A stretch of DNA of 64,000 nt from Candidatus Latescibacterota bacterium (GTDB lineage: Bacteria; Latescibacterota; UBA2968; UBA8231): assembly GCA_965208105.1 (NCBI GenBank), contig OZ242318.1, positions 640,001 through 704,000 of the forward strand, written 5' to 3'. Both the position numbers and the translations under genes were made by a program. The notes beneath the pieces are model-generated. The model searched no databases and was not told where the DNA came from. It worked only from the letters and a program-made list of their open reading frames with translations. This document shows positions 38,911 through 47,810 of the stretch, piece after piece. Positions within the stretch are counted from its first letter, which is position 1; each line of letters opens with the position of its first letter.

Positions 38911-39062
38911 CTGGATCCTGACTGGGCAATTCCACCTGAGTTCGGCCGCCCCTGCTCGCCCCCCGCGACCCTGCCCCAGCTAGCCGTAAACCACACAGCC
39001 ACGCCCCGCCGGGGCGCTTCGGCCCCCTCTTTCCCACGCTTGACCTCGAGCGCAGGCACTAG
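38911..39062. mobile_element. MITE-like element copy D (TIR type 2, degenerate)
   Basis: Aligns with copy C at both ends (gcaattcc.c.tga.ttcggccgcc; gcgcttc...acgctt...gcaggcactag). Its CTAG includes the GH38 stop. Confidence 0.7.
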
Positions 39063-41755
39063 CTCAGGCGCAGCGTCACGATCTGCTTGGGCCCCAGGGT
39101 GATCGCCGCCTCGCCATCGACCAGGGCCCCTTCCTCTCCGGTGGGCAGGCTCTCCAGGTTGACCGGCTGGACTCGGGTGAAGGACAACAAGGAGCTCATG
39201 CCCAGGACCGCCTCTACCTCCGTGGCCAAGGGGTTGAACAGCCGCACCTCCAGACCGCCCTCGACGTGGCGCATGCTCGTGAGCACCGCGGGTCCTTCCA
39301 CCTGCAGGAACCGGGCTTCGGCGGGAAGGTCGGCAGTCCCTGCGCGGTAGATGCCCAGGTCCACGGGGTCGAGCTGCACGCTGCGCACTCCCGCGGCCAG
39401 TTGCTGGCCCAGGGAGCACATCACGGCGCGGTCAGGCTCTCCCTGCAACGGCGCGATCCAGTAGCGGAAGTGCAGGGGGCCGCGCAACTGGCCCTCGGGC
39501 TCACCATCCGTCCACACGGTCAGGCGGGTGCCGCGGAACAGGGTCAGAGCCAGGATGCGCTCGTCGAAATCGCGCACCGCAGTTTCCAGTTGTCCGCTGC
39601 TGATCAAGGCCAGTCCCCGGTCGCCGGCGTAGACCGCGCTCCAACTCTGCTGGGGCCTGGTCTCCACCTCCAACTCGCGGTATAGATGATTGTCCGGGCG
39701 CAGGGCAACCGGGCGCTCGACCACGTCGAAGGGGGTGTCGGCCAGGTAGGTCGGCGCCCTGGTCCCGGTGGGAAACAGCACGCGCAGGCGGTGGTCGTCC
39801 GCTCCATTCTCCACCAGGGTCTCCACCTCGACCCTGGGGACACCGGGGCGCAAGGTGAGGAAAGAGTCGATGGCCAGCTCGACCAGGCGCTCGGACCTCC
39901 TCATGCTGTCGTCGAAATGGAACTCGGCCGGAACCTGCATGGTGGTGCGCACCCGAAAAGTGGTGCGGTAGGGTCCGTCGTGGACCAGGGCCACCGCGGC
40001 CGAGCTGGCGGTGGAAAGGAAAGCCTGGTCGTTGACGGCCTGCCCGTGATACCAGCCATCGCCGATATCGGCGCTGTCTTCATAGGTGAGCAGGCGCTCG
40101 TATACGTGCCCGGTGCGCCTGTCCGTCAAGGTCATGGACCCGTTGTCGGCGATGGCCACTTGCAGGTGCTCGTTGGACATGGACCGCTCGCTGTCGGCCA
40201 ATCCCGGTACTGCGGGATGGCGGGTGGCGGTGCGGCTGCGGTCCGCCCGCACCCTCAACGTGGTGTAGCCCAGGGCCGGCAGCGAGAGAAGCAGGCTCAC
40301 GTCCACCTCGTGGGTCTCGTACTTCTGGCGGTATTGGGAGGGGAACAGCCGCACCTTGCTGCGCCTCATGCGCTGGGCAAGGCGCTGGTAGGGGATCTCC
40401 CCGCCGTCGGGGGCGTAGAGGCGGAAGCCAGGCTTGGGCTCGAAGCCGAAGAACTCGTTGAACTGGGGCCAGTCCGGAGGAATCTCCAGGGTCAGCTCCA
40501 CACTCTGGTCCAGGGGACGAGGCAGCGGATTGAAGACGGTGACGCTCAACTCGTCGGAGGCCAGCTCACCCGCCGCGGCCGCGGCCAGCCCCCGGGTGGC
40601 CTCCAGTGTCAGGCGCTCGCCGATGCGGCGGGTCTGGCTGAAGCGGAACTTCATGTCCTCGTGTACGGCGTCGATGCTGCAGCCGCAGATCGAATCGTGG
40701 GCATGGTTCTTGAGCAGCCATTTCCACGCCACCTCGAGAAAGCCCTCCGGGACCTCGGCGCCGAGGGTGAGATGGGCGAGAGCGCTGGAGGGCTCGGCCC
40801 AGTGGCACAGCAGGGTCTGACACTCGGCGTTGGCCTGCTTGATCCAAACGCGGCTGGAAAGGACCCCGGGAATCATCACCTGGGTATCGTCGAAATACCG
40901 CCCCGGCTCGCGCAGCTCTCCCTCCACCTGGGTGCCGATGCGCTGCGCCTGGGGCACCATCTCCTCGAGGTAGGTGTCCAGGCTGGTGTGGACGAGGTCG
41001 AAGCCTTCCTGGTCCCTGCCCAGGTGCTCTGCCACCACTGCGTAGGCCTCCTGGTCCCATTCCTGGTGGTCGCCCCCGTCAAAGAGGAGGATGGGGTCCA
41101 CCTCGGTGCACCCTGCCTCGCGCTGGATGTAGGCGCGCAGATGCTTCCCGACCTCTTCCAGGTCGAACGCCAGCTCGTGCTGGCGCACCCGGCGGACGTT
41201 GACGCTGTAGTCGAAGTAACCGAACTGGGCGAAGCGGAAGAAGGGCATTTCCGTTCCGTCGGCGCCGCGCCAGCGCAGCAGCCGGGTGCCCACCTCGTTG
41301 GTCCCCCGCCACAGGAAGCCTCCGGGGATGCCGAATCCTGCCAGGATCTGCGGGGTCTGGCTGTTGTGCCCGAAGGTGTCGTTGATGAACCCCGCGTTGG
41401 AAGGCTGGCCTCCAAGGCTGCGAACCAGGCGGCGGCCGAGCCGCAGGTTCCGCACGAGTGCCTCGCCGCTGACGATGAACTCGTCGGGGATGGTGTACCA
41501 GGGACCGACCACCAGCCTGCCCTGGCGCACGAACTCCTCCACCTGGCCGCGGCGCTCGGGACGCACCTCCAGGTAGTCCTCTACTACAATGCTCTGGCCA
41601 TCTGTCTGAAAGGGACCCCGCAGGGAGCCGCTTTCCAACCCGGCCATCACCTGGTCCAGGAGGCGGGCAAGGAGGTAGCGAAAGTCCTGGAATGGCTGGT
41701 GCCACTCCCGGTCCCAGTGGGTGCTGAGCACGTAGTGGACGCGCCGTTTGCTCAT
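39059..41755 (-). CDS. GH38 alpha-mannosidase family protein
   Basis: STHWDREW, DGQ, VGPWY..DEF, DTFGH, GGDH, NHAHDSICGCS. Confidence 0.93.
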   Translation of the reverse strand: MSKRRVHYVLSTHWDREWHQPFQDFRYLLARLLDQVMAGLESGSLRGPFQTDGQSIVVEDYLEVRPERRGQVEEFVRQGRLVVGPWYTIPDEFIVSGEALVRNLRLGRRLVRSLGGQPSNAGFINDTFGHNSQTPQILAGFGIPGGFLWRGTNEVGTRLLRWRGADGTEMPFFRFAQFGYFDYSVNVRRVRQHELAFDLEEVGKHLRAYIQREAGCTEVDPILLFDGGDHQEWDQEAYAVVAEHLGRDQEGFDLVHTSLDTYLEEMVPQAQRIGTQVEGELREPGRYFDDTQVMIPGVLSSRVWIKQANAECQTLLCHWAEPSSALAHLTLGAEVPEGFLEVAWKWLLKNHAHDSICGCSIDAVHEDMKFRFSQTRRIGERLTLEATRGLAAAAAGELASDELSVTVFNPLPRPLDQSVELTLEIPPDWPQFNEFFGFEPKPGFRLYAPDGGEIPYQRLAQRMRRSKVRLFPSQYRQKYETHEVDVSLLLSLPALGYTTLRVRADRSRTATRHPAVPGLADSERSMSNEHLQVAIADNGSMTLTDRRTGHVYERLLTYEDSADIGDGWYHGQAVNDQAFLSTASSAAVALVHDGPYRTTFRVRTTMQVPAEFHFDDSMRRSERLVELAIDSFLTLRPGVPRVEVETLVENGADDHRLRVLFPTGTRAPTYLADTPFDVVERPVALRPDNHLYRELEVETRPQQSWSAVYAGDRGLALISSGQLETAVRDFDERILALTLFRGTRLTVWTDGEPEGQLRGPLHFRYWIAPLQGEPDRAVMCSLGQQLAAGVRSVQLDPVDLGIYRAGTADLPAEARFLQVEGPAVLTSMRHVEGGLEVRLFNPLATEVEAVLGMSSLLSFTRVQPVNLESLPTGEEGALVDGEAAITLGPKQIVTLRLS

Positions 41756-41783
41756 GATCCCCCTTCCTGTCGCTGTCCAGCTT

Positions 41784-43157
41784 TCAACCCAAGGAGGCCA
41801 CGACCCTTGCCTCCCTCAGTGTGTGGATGGTTTCGCCGAAGGCCTCGAGGACCCGCTCGATATCCGCCTGGGTGTGCGCCGCCGAGGTCATTCCCCCCGT
41901 GTAGGAAAGCAGCTCCACCCCGCGGATCTGGAGGTTCTTCTGAAAACCCCTCACCACGGTGGCGGGAATGCCTTTGAGGACGGCCGCGTCGCTGGTGTGG
42001 AGAGCGCTGCGGGTGGCCGCTCCGGAGCCTGGGGCCGCTTCCAGGTAGACGTGGAAGATCGACGCGTCGCCGTAGACATAACCGCTGGCGCGCTCGCGCT
42101 CCAGCAGCGCTTCCATGCCGGAGCGCAGGAGCCCGGCCATGCGGTCGGCGTGGGCCTGGGGATCGCCGCTGCGCGTCTGTTTCAGGGTGGCGATCCCCGC
42201 TGCCGCCGAGAGGGGACTCGCGTTGAAGGTGCCCATGTGCTGCACCCTCTGATGGCGGTCGCGCCGGGGATCTCCGCAGAACTCGAGAAGCCCCATGACG
42301 TCGGAGCGCCCCGCAACCACTCCCCCCGGCATGCCCCCGGCGACGATCTTGCCCATCACCGTCAGGTCGGGTGTGACACCGGCGTATTGCTGGTATCCTC
42401 CGGGGCTGTAGCGAAATCCCGTGACCACCTCGTCGTATATGAGGAGGACGTCGCGCGCTTCCGTGATCCGGCGCAACTCGCGGTTGAAGTCCACCCCCAG
42501 GGGCACGGTTCCCCAGGAGGCCCCCGATGGCTCCAGCATGACCGCGGCTATGCCTTCATCGGCGCGCAGGGTCTCATCCACCACGTTCAGATCGGCGGGG
42601 ACTATCAGGGTGGTCTCGAGCCGGGTCGCCGGAATGCCCAGGGAAACCGGGGCATCGAAGGGGGGCATCGCCCCCCTGCCCACGTCGTCGTGCCAGCCGC
42701 TGAAGTGGCCCTCGAATCGCAGAATCTTGTCGCAGCTTTTGAAGGCGCGCGCCAGCCGCACCGACAGCATGGCTCCTTCGGTCCCCGAGTTGACGAATCT
42801 GACCCGCTCCGCAGATGGGATGGCCTCCTGGATGAGCTCGGCCCACTCCACCTGAAGGGGGTGGTCCTGCCCGAAGTGAAAGCCATTCTCCAGGGCCGCG
42901 CCCACGGCCTGCAGCACCTCCGGGGGCGAGTGTCCGAGGAGTATGGCACCATTGCCGAGACCGCAGTCGATCATCTCGTTGCCGTCCATGTCCCACATGC
43001 GGGATCCGGACCCCCGCTGGATGTAGGTCGGACAGGGAGGACTGAAGCGCATGTCGTGTCCGACCCCGCCGGCTATGCATGCCCTGGCGCGCTCGTACAA
43101 GGCACCGCAATTGGGGCGCTGACGGGCAAATTCCTCGAGCCAGAATTCAACTGTCAT
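41784..43157 (-). CDS. Class III aminotransferase, glutamate-1-semialdehyde aminomutase-like
   Basis: RFVNSGTEG, DEVVTGFR, DLTVMGKIVAGGMP, GTFNASP. Confidence 0.88.
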   Translation of the reverse strand: MTVEFWLEEFARQRPNCGALYERARACIAGGVGHDMRFSPPCPTYIQRGSGSRMWDMDGNEMIDCGLGNGAILLGHSPPEVLQAVGAALENGFHFGQDHPLQVEWAELIQEAIPSAERVRFVNSGTEGAMLSVRLARAFKSCDKILRFEGHFSGWHDDVGRGAMPPFDAPVSLGIPATRLETTLIVPADLNVVDETLRADEGIAAVMLEPSGASWGTVPLGVDFNRELRRITEARDVLLIYDEVVTGFRYSPGGYQQYAGVTPDLTVMGKIVAGGMPGGVVAGRSDVMGLLEFCGDPRRDRHQRVQHMGTFNASPLSAAAGIATLKQTRSGDPQAHADRMAGLLRSGMEALLERERASGYVYGDASIFHVYLEAAPGSGAATRSALHTSDAAVLKGIPATVVRGFQKNLQIRGVELLSYTGGMTSAAHTQADIERVLEAFGETIHTLREARVVASLG

Positions 43158-43262
43158 GTGACTTCTTCCTGACGATCAACCTGGAGCGGGGCCTCGAGGA
43201 GCCCTCGGCCCTCTTTCCAGTCGGTAATGGCGGCGAAACCCGGCCCCGGCGCAGCAGGTGTT

Positions 43263-44504
43263 TCAGGCCCCCGGCGCCACCAGCTTTACCATGACCACAC
43301 TGACTGCCCCGACGATGAGGGCGGCGGCCAACCCGACGCTGATCGGCTTGAGTCCCAGGCCCCGCAACCTGGTCAGACTCGTACCCAACCCCACGCCGGC
43401 CATGGCCAGGGCCAGGCACCACCGGGCCGCCGCATCCGCCCGCCCGACGAGGTGGTCCCAGCCCTGCCGGTCGAAAAGGCCCAGGGACTGGGAGCCAATA
43501 TCTCCGAGGGACCGCAGAAGGACCATTGCCACGAACCCCAGGACGAAGAGCGGCACCATCCGGTACCATTTCTCCCGCACTCTTCCGTGCTGCCCCGAGC
43601 GCTGATAGAGCATGGCGATCAAGGGAATTACGGCGACCATGAAGGTGTTGCGAACCAGCTTGGTCGCCGTGGCCGCGTCGAGGGCGACCGGGGCGGCGTA
43701 GCGCTCGGCATAGAGAAGCCCGGCCCCGGCCACCTGGGCGGTGTCGTGGACCGCGGTGCCCAGAAAGAGGCCGGCCATCAGCGGGTCGCCATCGAAAATC
43801 CAGAACGAAAGGAAAGGATAGGCGAGAAGTCCGATCAATCCGAAAATGGTCACGCATGCCACCGCGTAGCCCACTTCGTCCTCGTCGGCGTCTATGGCCG
43901 CGCTGGTGGCCATCACCGCGCTGACGCCGCAGATGCTGGTTCCCACCGCGATCAGGCTGCCCAGTCTCCGGGGCAGATCGAGGACGCGGTTGAACCAGTT
44001 CACCACCACCAGCGCGGTGGCGATGCAGCAGACGACCACGGGCAGGCAGAGGAGGCCGATCTGGCCCAGCGCACCTAGACTCAGGCGCAGGCCGAGCAGC
44101 ACGATGCCGAGGCGCAGCAACCTTCTGACACAGAGACCCAGCCCCTTTTCGTAGGACGAAGGAAGGCCGACGATGTTGCGGATCAACAGACCGAGGACCA
44201 CCATCACCAGGACCGCGCTGACTGGGACCTGATCGACCCCACCCAGCGAATCCCCGGCCCACGCCGCCAGGGCCTTGCCGAGCAAAGCCACGCCGAGGGC
44301 AAGGGCCAGCCCCGGCAGCATGAGCCCGAGACTGTCGAACGACCTGTAGAGAAAATTCTGCCATCGGGTCCGGGCTTCCTTCTCCCCCGGCAACTCGTTG
44401 GTCAGGGGCCAGTCGTGCAAGCCCTCGAATCCGGCCATCCAGTTGGCCAACTCGGGGTTGGCGTAGGGATTGCCGGAGTTGCCGGCGCGCCTGCGATCGG
44501 TCAA
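43263..44504 (-). CDS. YeiH / putative sulfate exporter family membrane protein
   Basis: LLRLGIVLLG, GTSICGVSA, GTAVHDTAQV, TKLVRN. Confidence 0.88.
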   Translation of the reverse strand: MTDRRRAGNSGNPYANPELANWMAGFEGLHDWPLTNELPGEKEARTRWQNFLYRSFDSLGLMLPGLALALGVALLGKALAAWAGDSLGGVDQVPVSAVLVMVVLGLLIRNIVGLPSSYEKGLGLCVRRLLRLGIVLLGLRLSLGALGQIGLLCLPVVVCCIATALVVVNWFNRVLDLPRRLGSLIAVGTSICGVSAVMATSAAIDADEDEVGYAVACVTIFGLIGLLAYPFLSFWIFDGDPLMAGLFLGTAVHDTAQVAGAGLLYAERYAAPVALDAATATKLVRNTFMVAVIPLIAMLYQRSGQHGRVREKWYRMVPLFVLGFVAMVLLRSLGDIGSQSLGLFDRQGWDHLVGRADAAARWCLALAMAGVGLGTSLTRLRGLGLKPISVGLAAALIVGAVSVVMVKLVAPGA

Positions 44505-44567
44505 TGCCCACCTCCCTCGGGCTCGAAGGGCCAGCGCTGCGCAAGGGCCCCTTGGGAGAACTCAGGG

Positions 44568-45647
44568 TCAATCCGCCCCCGTGGAATCCCCGCTTGGAGC
44601 GGAGGAGTCTCCCGCGACCGCACTGGCAATGCGCCAGTTGCCGCTGCGGTCGCAGGCCGCGTAGTACATCCGGTAGCTGCCCGCGCCGATCTTCACCAGC
44701 GACATGTCCTCCGCGTGGACGGCGTCTATTCCCTCCCGGCCATGCCCGCGGCCTTCGATGACGCAAGCTCCCCGCTCCCACTTCAGTCCGTCCTTCGAGG
44801 CGGCGGCGAAAATCCGCGATCTGTAGCCCGCCAGGTCCGAGGCGATGGATGCGGAGGCGAACTCCTCCGCCGACATGTTCCTGGCCGTCGCGGCGTCCTG
44901 GCTTGGATGCAAGGGTACCTCCGTGCCCTCCGGCACGTCCTGCCACGCCGAAAAGAACATGGTCCAGGAGCCGCCGTTCGCAGGTGGGAATACCTCCGCC
45001 GCGGTGATTCCCGCGGTGTCGTATTCGGACTGCCGGTGGCGCAGGCGAAACCCCGGTTCGAACTCGAAGTCGAGGCCGTCGGCGGTCGTGGCGCTGACCA
45101 CTCCCTGCAACAGCCTCCTTCCCCTTCCAGGGCCTCCGGGGCCGAACTCGGCGCTCCAGCAATAGAGTCGTCCTCCGCCCCCGGGCAGGGGCAGGAAGCG
45201 GGGTCCTCCCAGGTTCCCCAGTCCGCGCAGGCGAATGCCCTCTTCGAGCTCCCAGTCCAGCATATCGGCGGACAGAGCGCTGCAAATTACCGTCGGCTCA
45301 TCGGCCGCGCCGCGGGACTCGAAGTACATGCGCCAGGTGCCGCCGTCACAGCGGACCAGGGTCGAGCAAAGCACCCGGTGCGACATGTGCGGCAAGGAGG
45401 GACGAGGGCTCAGGCGAATGCCAGGTTCAGGAGTGAAGACCAGGCCATCCTCGGAGACAGCGCTGAGAATATACCCCTGGCACACCGGAAACGGCCGGGC
45501 GGGGCCCAGGCCGGTGTAGAACATCCTGAAGCCTCCGGAGGCCAGGCGCACGATACAGGGCGCCAGCACCTTCGACATGTCCAGGTCGCGGGAGCCCTGC
45601 AGCCTCGCGCCGGCTTCCCTGCGCCACTGCCACCTGCTGTCCACCAT
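44568..45647 (-). CDS. Five-bladed beta-propeller glycoside-hydrolase-like hypothetical protein
   Basis: Repeated (W/Y/F)RMY/F...SxDGLxW/F blades (SEDGLVF, SADMLDW, TADGLDF, SKDGLKW). Confidence 0.7.
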   Translation of the reverse strand: MVDSRWQWRREAGARLQGSRDLDMSKVLAPCIVRLASGGFRMFYTGLGPARPFPVCQGYILSAVSEDGLVFTPEPGIRLSPRPSLPHMSHRVLCSTLVRCDGGTWRMYFESRGAADEPTVICSALSADMLDWELEEGIRLRGLGNLGGPRFLPLPGGGGRLYCWSAEFGPGGPGRGRRLLQGVVSATTADGLDFEFEPGFRLRHRQSEYDTAGITAAEVFPPANGGSWTMFFSAWQDVPEGTEVPLHPSQDAATARNMSAEEFASASIASDLAGYRSRIFAAASKDGLKWERGACVIEGRGHGREGIDAVHAEDMSLVKIGAGSYRMYYAACDRSGNWRIASAVAGDSSAPSGDSTGAD

Positions 45648-45825
45648 ACCCCTGCTCCTTCGGCGCGAAATCCTGCTCTCGCCGGCGAATTCGACAGGAA
45701 TTATAAAAGACCTTATCCTGTGGACAGTCAAGCTCGGAGCTGACGGGTGAGGACCTCATCCAGGGTCCTGGCAGCGTGGACGCCGGGCAGTGCAATACTC
45801 CGAACCTCCTGGGAAAGGATCGATC

Positions 45826-46635
45826 ATGCCTTGGGACACCTTCTACTACAACCACCGATGGTGGATCACCCGGGACCGCAGCCTGGTCGGAGGCTATTCG
45901 GCCAACCGCCTGCGCCCCTATGTCTTTCCCTTATACACTCCGGAAGGAATGCTGGTTCTTCAGGAGGCCCCTCCCGATCACCCCCACCATCAGGGGATCT
46001 GCGCAGGGCTGGAAATAGACGGTCACGACATCTGGAACGCCGGCTCCGGCGACAAACCCCCGCACCGGCAGGAAATGGACCCCTCCGCCGCCGAACTGCA
46101 GCCGGTGACAGACGCCGCCGGGGTCAGCTTCGAGCACGAGGTCAATTGGACCACGGTCGGCGGCAAGGCCCTGTTGCTGGAAAAGCGCTGCGTCGCCTTC
46201 AGCTTTCGCTCCGGCCTCAACCTGGTGACCTGGCATTCCACCTTTGCCGCGGCGGGCGATGCGGTTTCCCTGGGGAAGACCAAGGAGGCCGGCATAGGAG
46301 TCCGGGTGACGCCCCACTGGGAAACCAGGCTGGGAGGCGAGATTCGCAATGCCGCCGGCGCACGCGGAGAGCAGGGGTGTTTCGACCAGCGGTCGCCGTG
46401 GCTGAGCGTGGAGGGCAGCGCCGACGGAGAGGGAATGGCGGGGGTCGTCCTCAGGCCGCTGAGCTCAACCGAAGCCTGTCCCTGGTTCACCCGCGACTAC
46501 GGCCTCCACCTCTACAACCCCCTGCGCCACCACGCGGTGAACCTGGCCTCGGGAGACTCCTTGAGTTGGGCGATGGAGATCGCGGCTTATGACGGCGCCA
46601 GGACCACGGAGGAGCTGAACGGGTTGTTCGCCTGA
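45826..46635 (+). CDS. DUF6807 / 'PmoA family' hypothetical protein
   Basis: RPYVFPLYTP, PPDHPHHQG, WFTRDYG motifs. Confidence 0.75.
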   Translation: MPWDTFYYNHRWWITRDRSLVGGYSANRLRPYVFPLYTPEGMLVLQEAPPDHPHHQGICAGLEIDGHDIWNAGSGDKPPHRQEMDPSAAELQPVTDAAGVSFEHEVNWTTVGGKALLLEKRCVAFSFRSGLNLVTWHSTFAAAGDAVSLGKTKEAGIGVRVTPHWETRLGGEIRNAAGARGEQGCFDQRSPWLSVEGSADGEGMAGVVLRPLSSTEACPWFTRDYGLHLYNPLRHHAVNLASGDSLSWAMEIAAYDGARTTEELNGLFA

Positions 46636-46659
46636 GACGGAGGGCGACTTCGCTGTCCC

Positions 46660-47691
46660 TCAGGGGTTGAAATACCTCCTCAGGAATGGCCACGCCCCCT
46701 CGCTGTAGTAGCGGTGCCCACCCGCGCCCACGTACAGGCTGCAATGCTCTCCGGCGCCGGCGGCGGCGTAGATTTCCCGCAGCCGCCGATAGGCGTATTT
46801 CACCTGCCGCAGCGGAAATATCCCGTCGTCCCTTCCGGCTATGGCCGCAAATGGGCGCGGAGCGATAAGCCCCGCGACGTCGTACATCTCTCCCAGACGC
46901 AGAATTCCGGGAAGGTAGTTGCACTCGCAGTGGCCGATTGTCCCGATGCTGCCTTCGAAGGTACAGAAATAACAGCCCGGCATCGCCACCGCGATGCGGC
47001 TGTCGCAGGCTGCGGCAAAGAGGGTCACGGTACCGCCGCCGGAATTCCCGGTCATGGCTATTCGCGCCGGGTCCACATCGAGGTTGGCGAGCGCCCAGTC
47101 GATGAGGCAGCCCATGTCCCACACGCGCTCGCCGATGGGGGTGCGCCCGGCCAGCAGGCCGTGGAGGAGCTGGGAACGGCATGAACTGGTGCTGTCCTCG
47201 GCCTGGTCCTTTTCCGTGCGCGTTTCCCCGAACCCCCGCGTCGTGGGGGCGATGGCTATGTATCCCTCGCGCACGGCCTGCACGGCGATATCCCGCTGGC
47301 CGGAGACCGCCTCGGCCTCCTCCTTTTCGTTCCTGCAAATTCCGGCGTAGAGATGCGGGTGGTTGTGTCCGTGGGGGGTGAGGACCAGGGGCCTAGGTCC
47401 CGCGGGGGACCGGGGCCGAAGAAGATAAAACGGCAGCGGAACGGTGGGCTCCACCTGTATGTGCCAGATTTCGCGGACATGGTCTCCCATGTCCTCCGAG
47501 GACCTTCTCTCGGCCGCCGGAGCGTGGCCCGCGAGGTCCGCCTCGAGGTTGTCGAGGCCTAGAACCTGGCGCAGCCTCGGGCGGAATGCCCGCTGCCATG
47601 CCTCCAGCTCCGGGCGCGAGCGGGCGCGAAACCCGAACGCGGGCCGGAATGCCCGGTAGGTGGACCTGAAATGCCTGACTGAATCATACAT
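46660..47691 (-). CDS. Alpha/beta hydrolase (dienelactone hydrolase / acetyl xylan esterase-like)
   Basis: PHGH, GNSGGG nucleophile elbow, HCECNYLPG, IAPRP, GGHRY. Confidence 0.88.
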   Translation of the reverse strand: MYDSVRHFRSTYRAFRPAFGFRARSRPELEAWQRAFRPRLRQVLGLDNLEADLAGHAPAAERRSSEDMGDHVREIWHIQVEPTVPLPFYLLRPRSPAGPRPLVLTPHGHNHPHLYAGICRNEKEEAEAVSGQRDIAVQAVREGYIAIAPTTRGFGETRTEKDQAEDSTSSCRSQLLHGLLAGRTPIGERVWDMGCLIDWALANLDVDPARIAMTGNSGGGTVTLFAAACDSRIAVAMPGCYFCTFEGSIGTIGHCECNYLPGILRLGEMYDVAGLIAPRPFAAIAGRDDGIFPLRQVKYAYRRLREIYAAAGAGEHCSLYVGAGGHRYYSEGAWPFLRRYFNP

Positions 47692-47810
47692 GCAGCGGCT
47701 CCTTCGTCAGGGGCAGGCCGGCACCATGCCGCCAAGGGAACGAGAGAGGACGGCGCCTGGAGAATCGAAGCCCGCCTCCCGACCTTCTCTCTCCGGTTGA
47801 TGCGCTGCCC

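Noticed and set aside
898-39062. Repeats considered as CRISPR, tRNA or integron attC sites
   Set aside because: They are dispersed, not arrayed with spacers. There is no cloverleaf, no GTTRRRY/RYYYAAC ends, and no cas or intI gene.
39686-41977. Long antisense or alternative-frame ORFs (e.g. 39686-41977, 30938-32908, 17940-20174, 43147-45285, 28752-30509)
   Set aside because: They overlap well-supported genes, have no recognisable motifs, and are expected shadow ORFs in high-GC DNA.
41784-43157. hemL assignment
   Set aside because: GSA-like fold but divergent and not in a tetrapyrrole context, so no symbol was given.
43181-43220. GC-rich hairpins at 43181-43220, 29239-29271 and 46640-46661
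   Set aside because: Plausible mRNA-stabilising or terminator stems but with no U-tract or other support, and common in GC-rich DNA.
45826-46635. 'PmoA' as particulate methane monooxygenase
   Set aside because: Soluble beta-rich protein of the misnamed DUF6807-type family, with no TM helices and no pmoB or pmoC.
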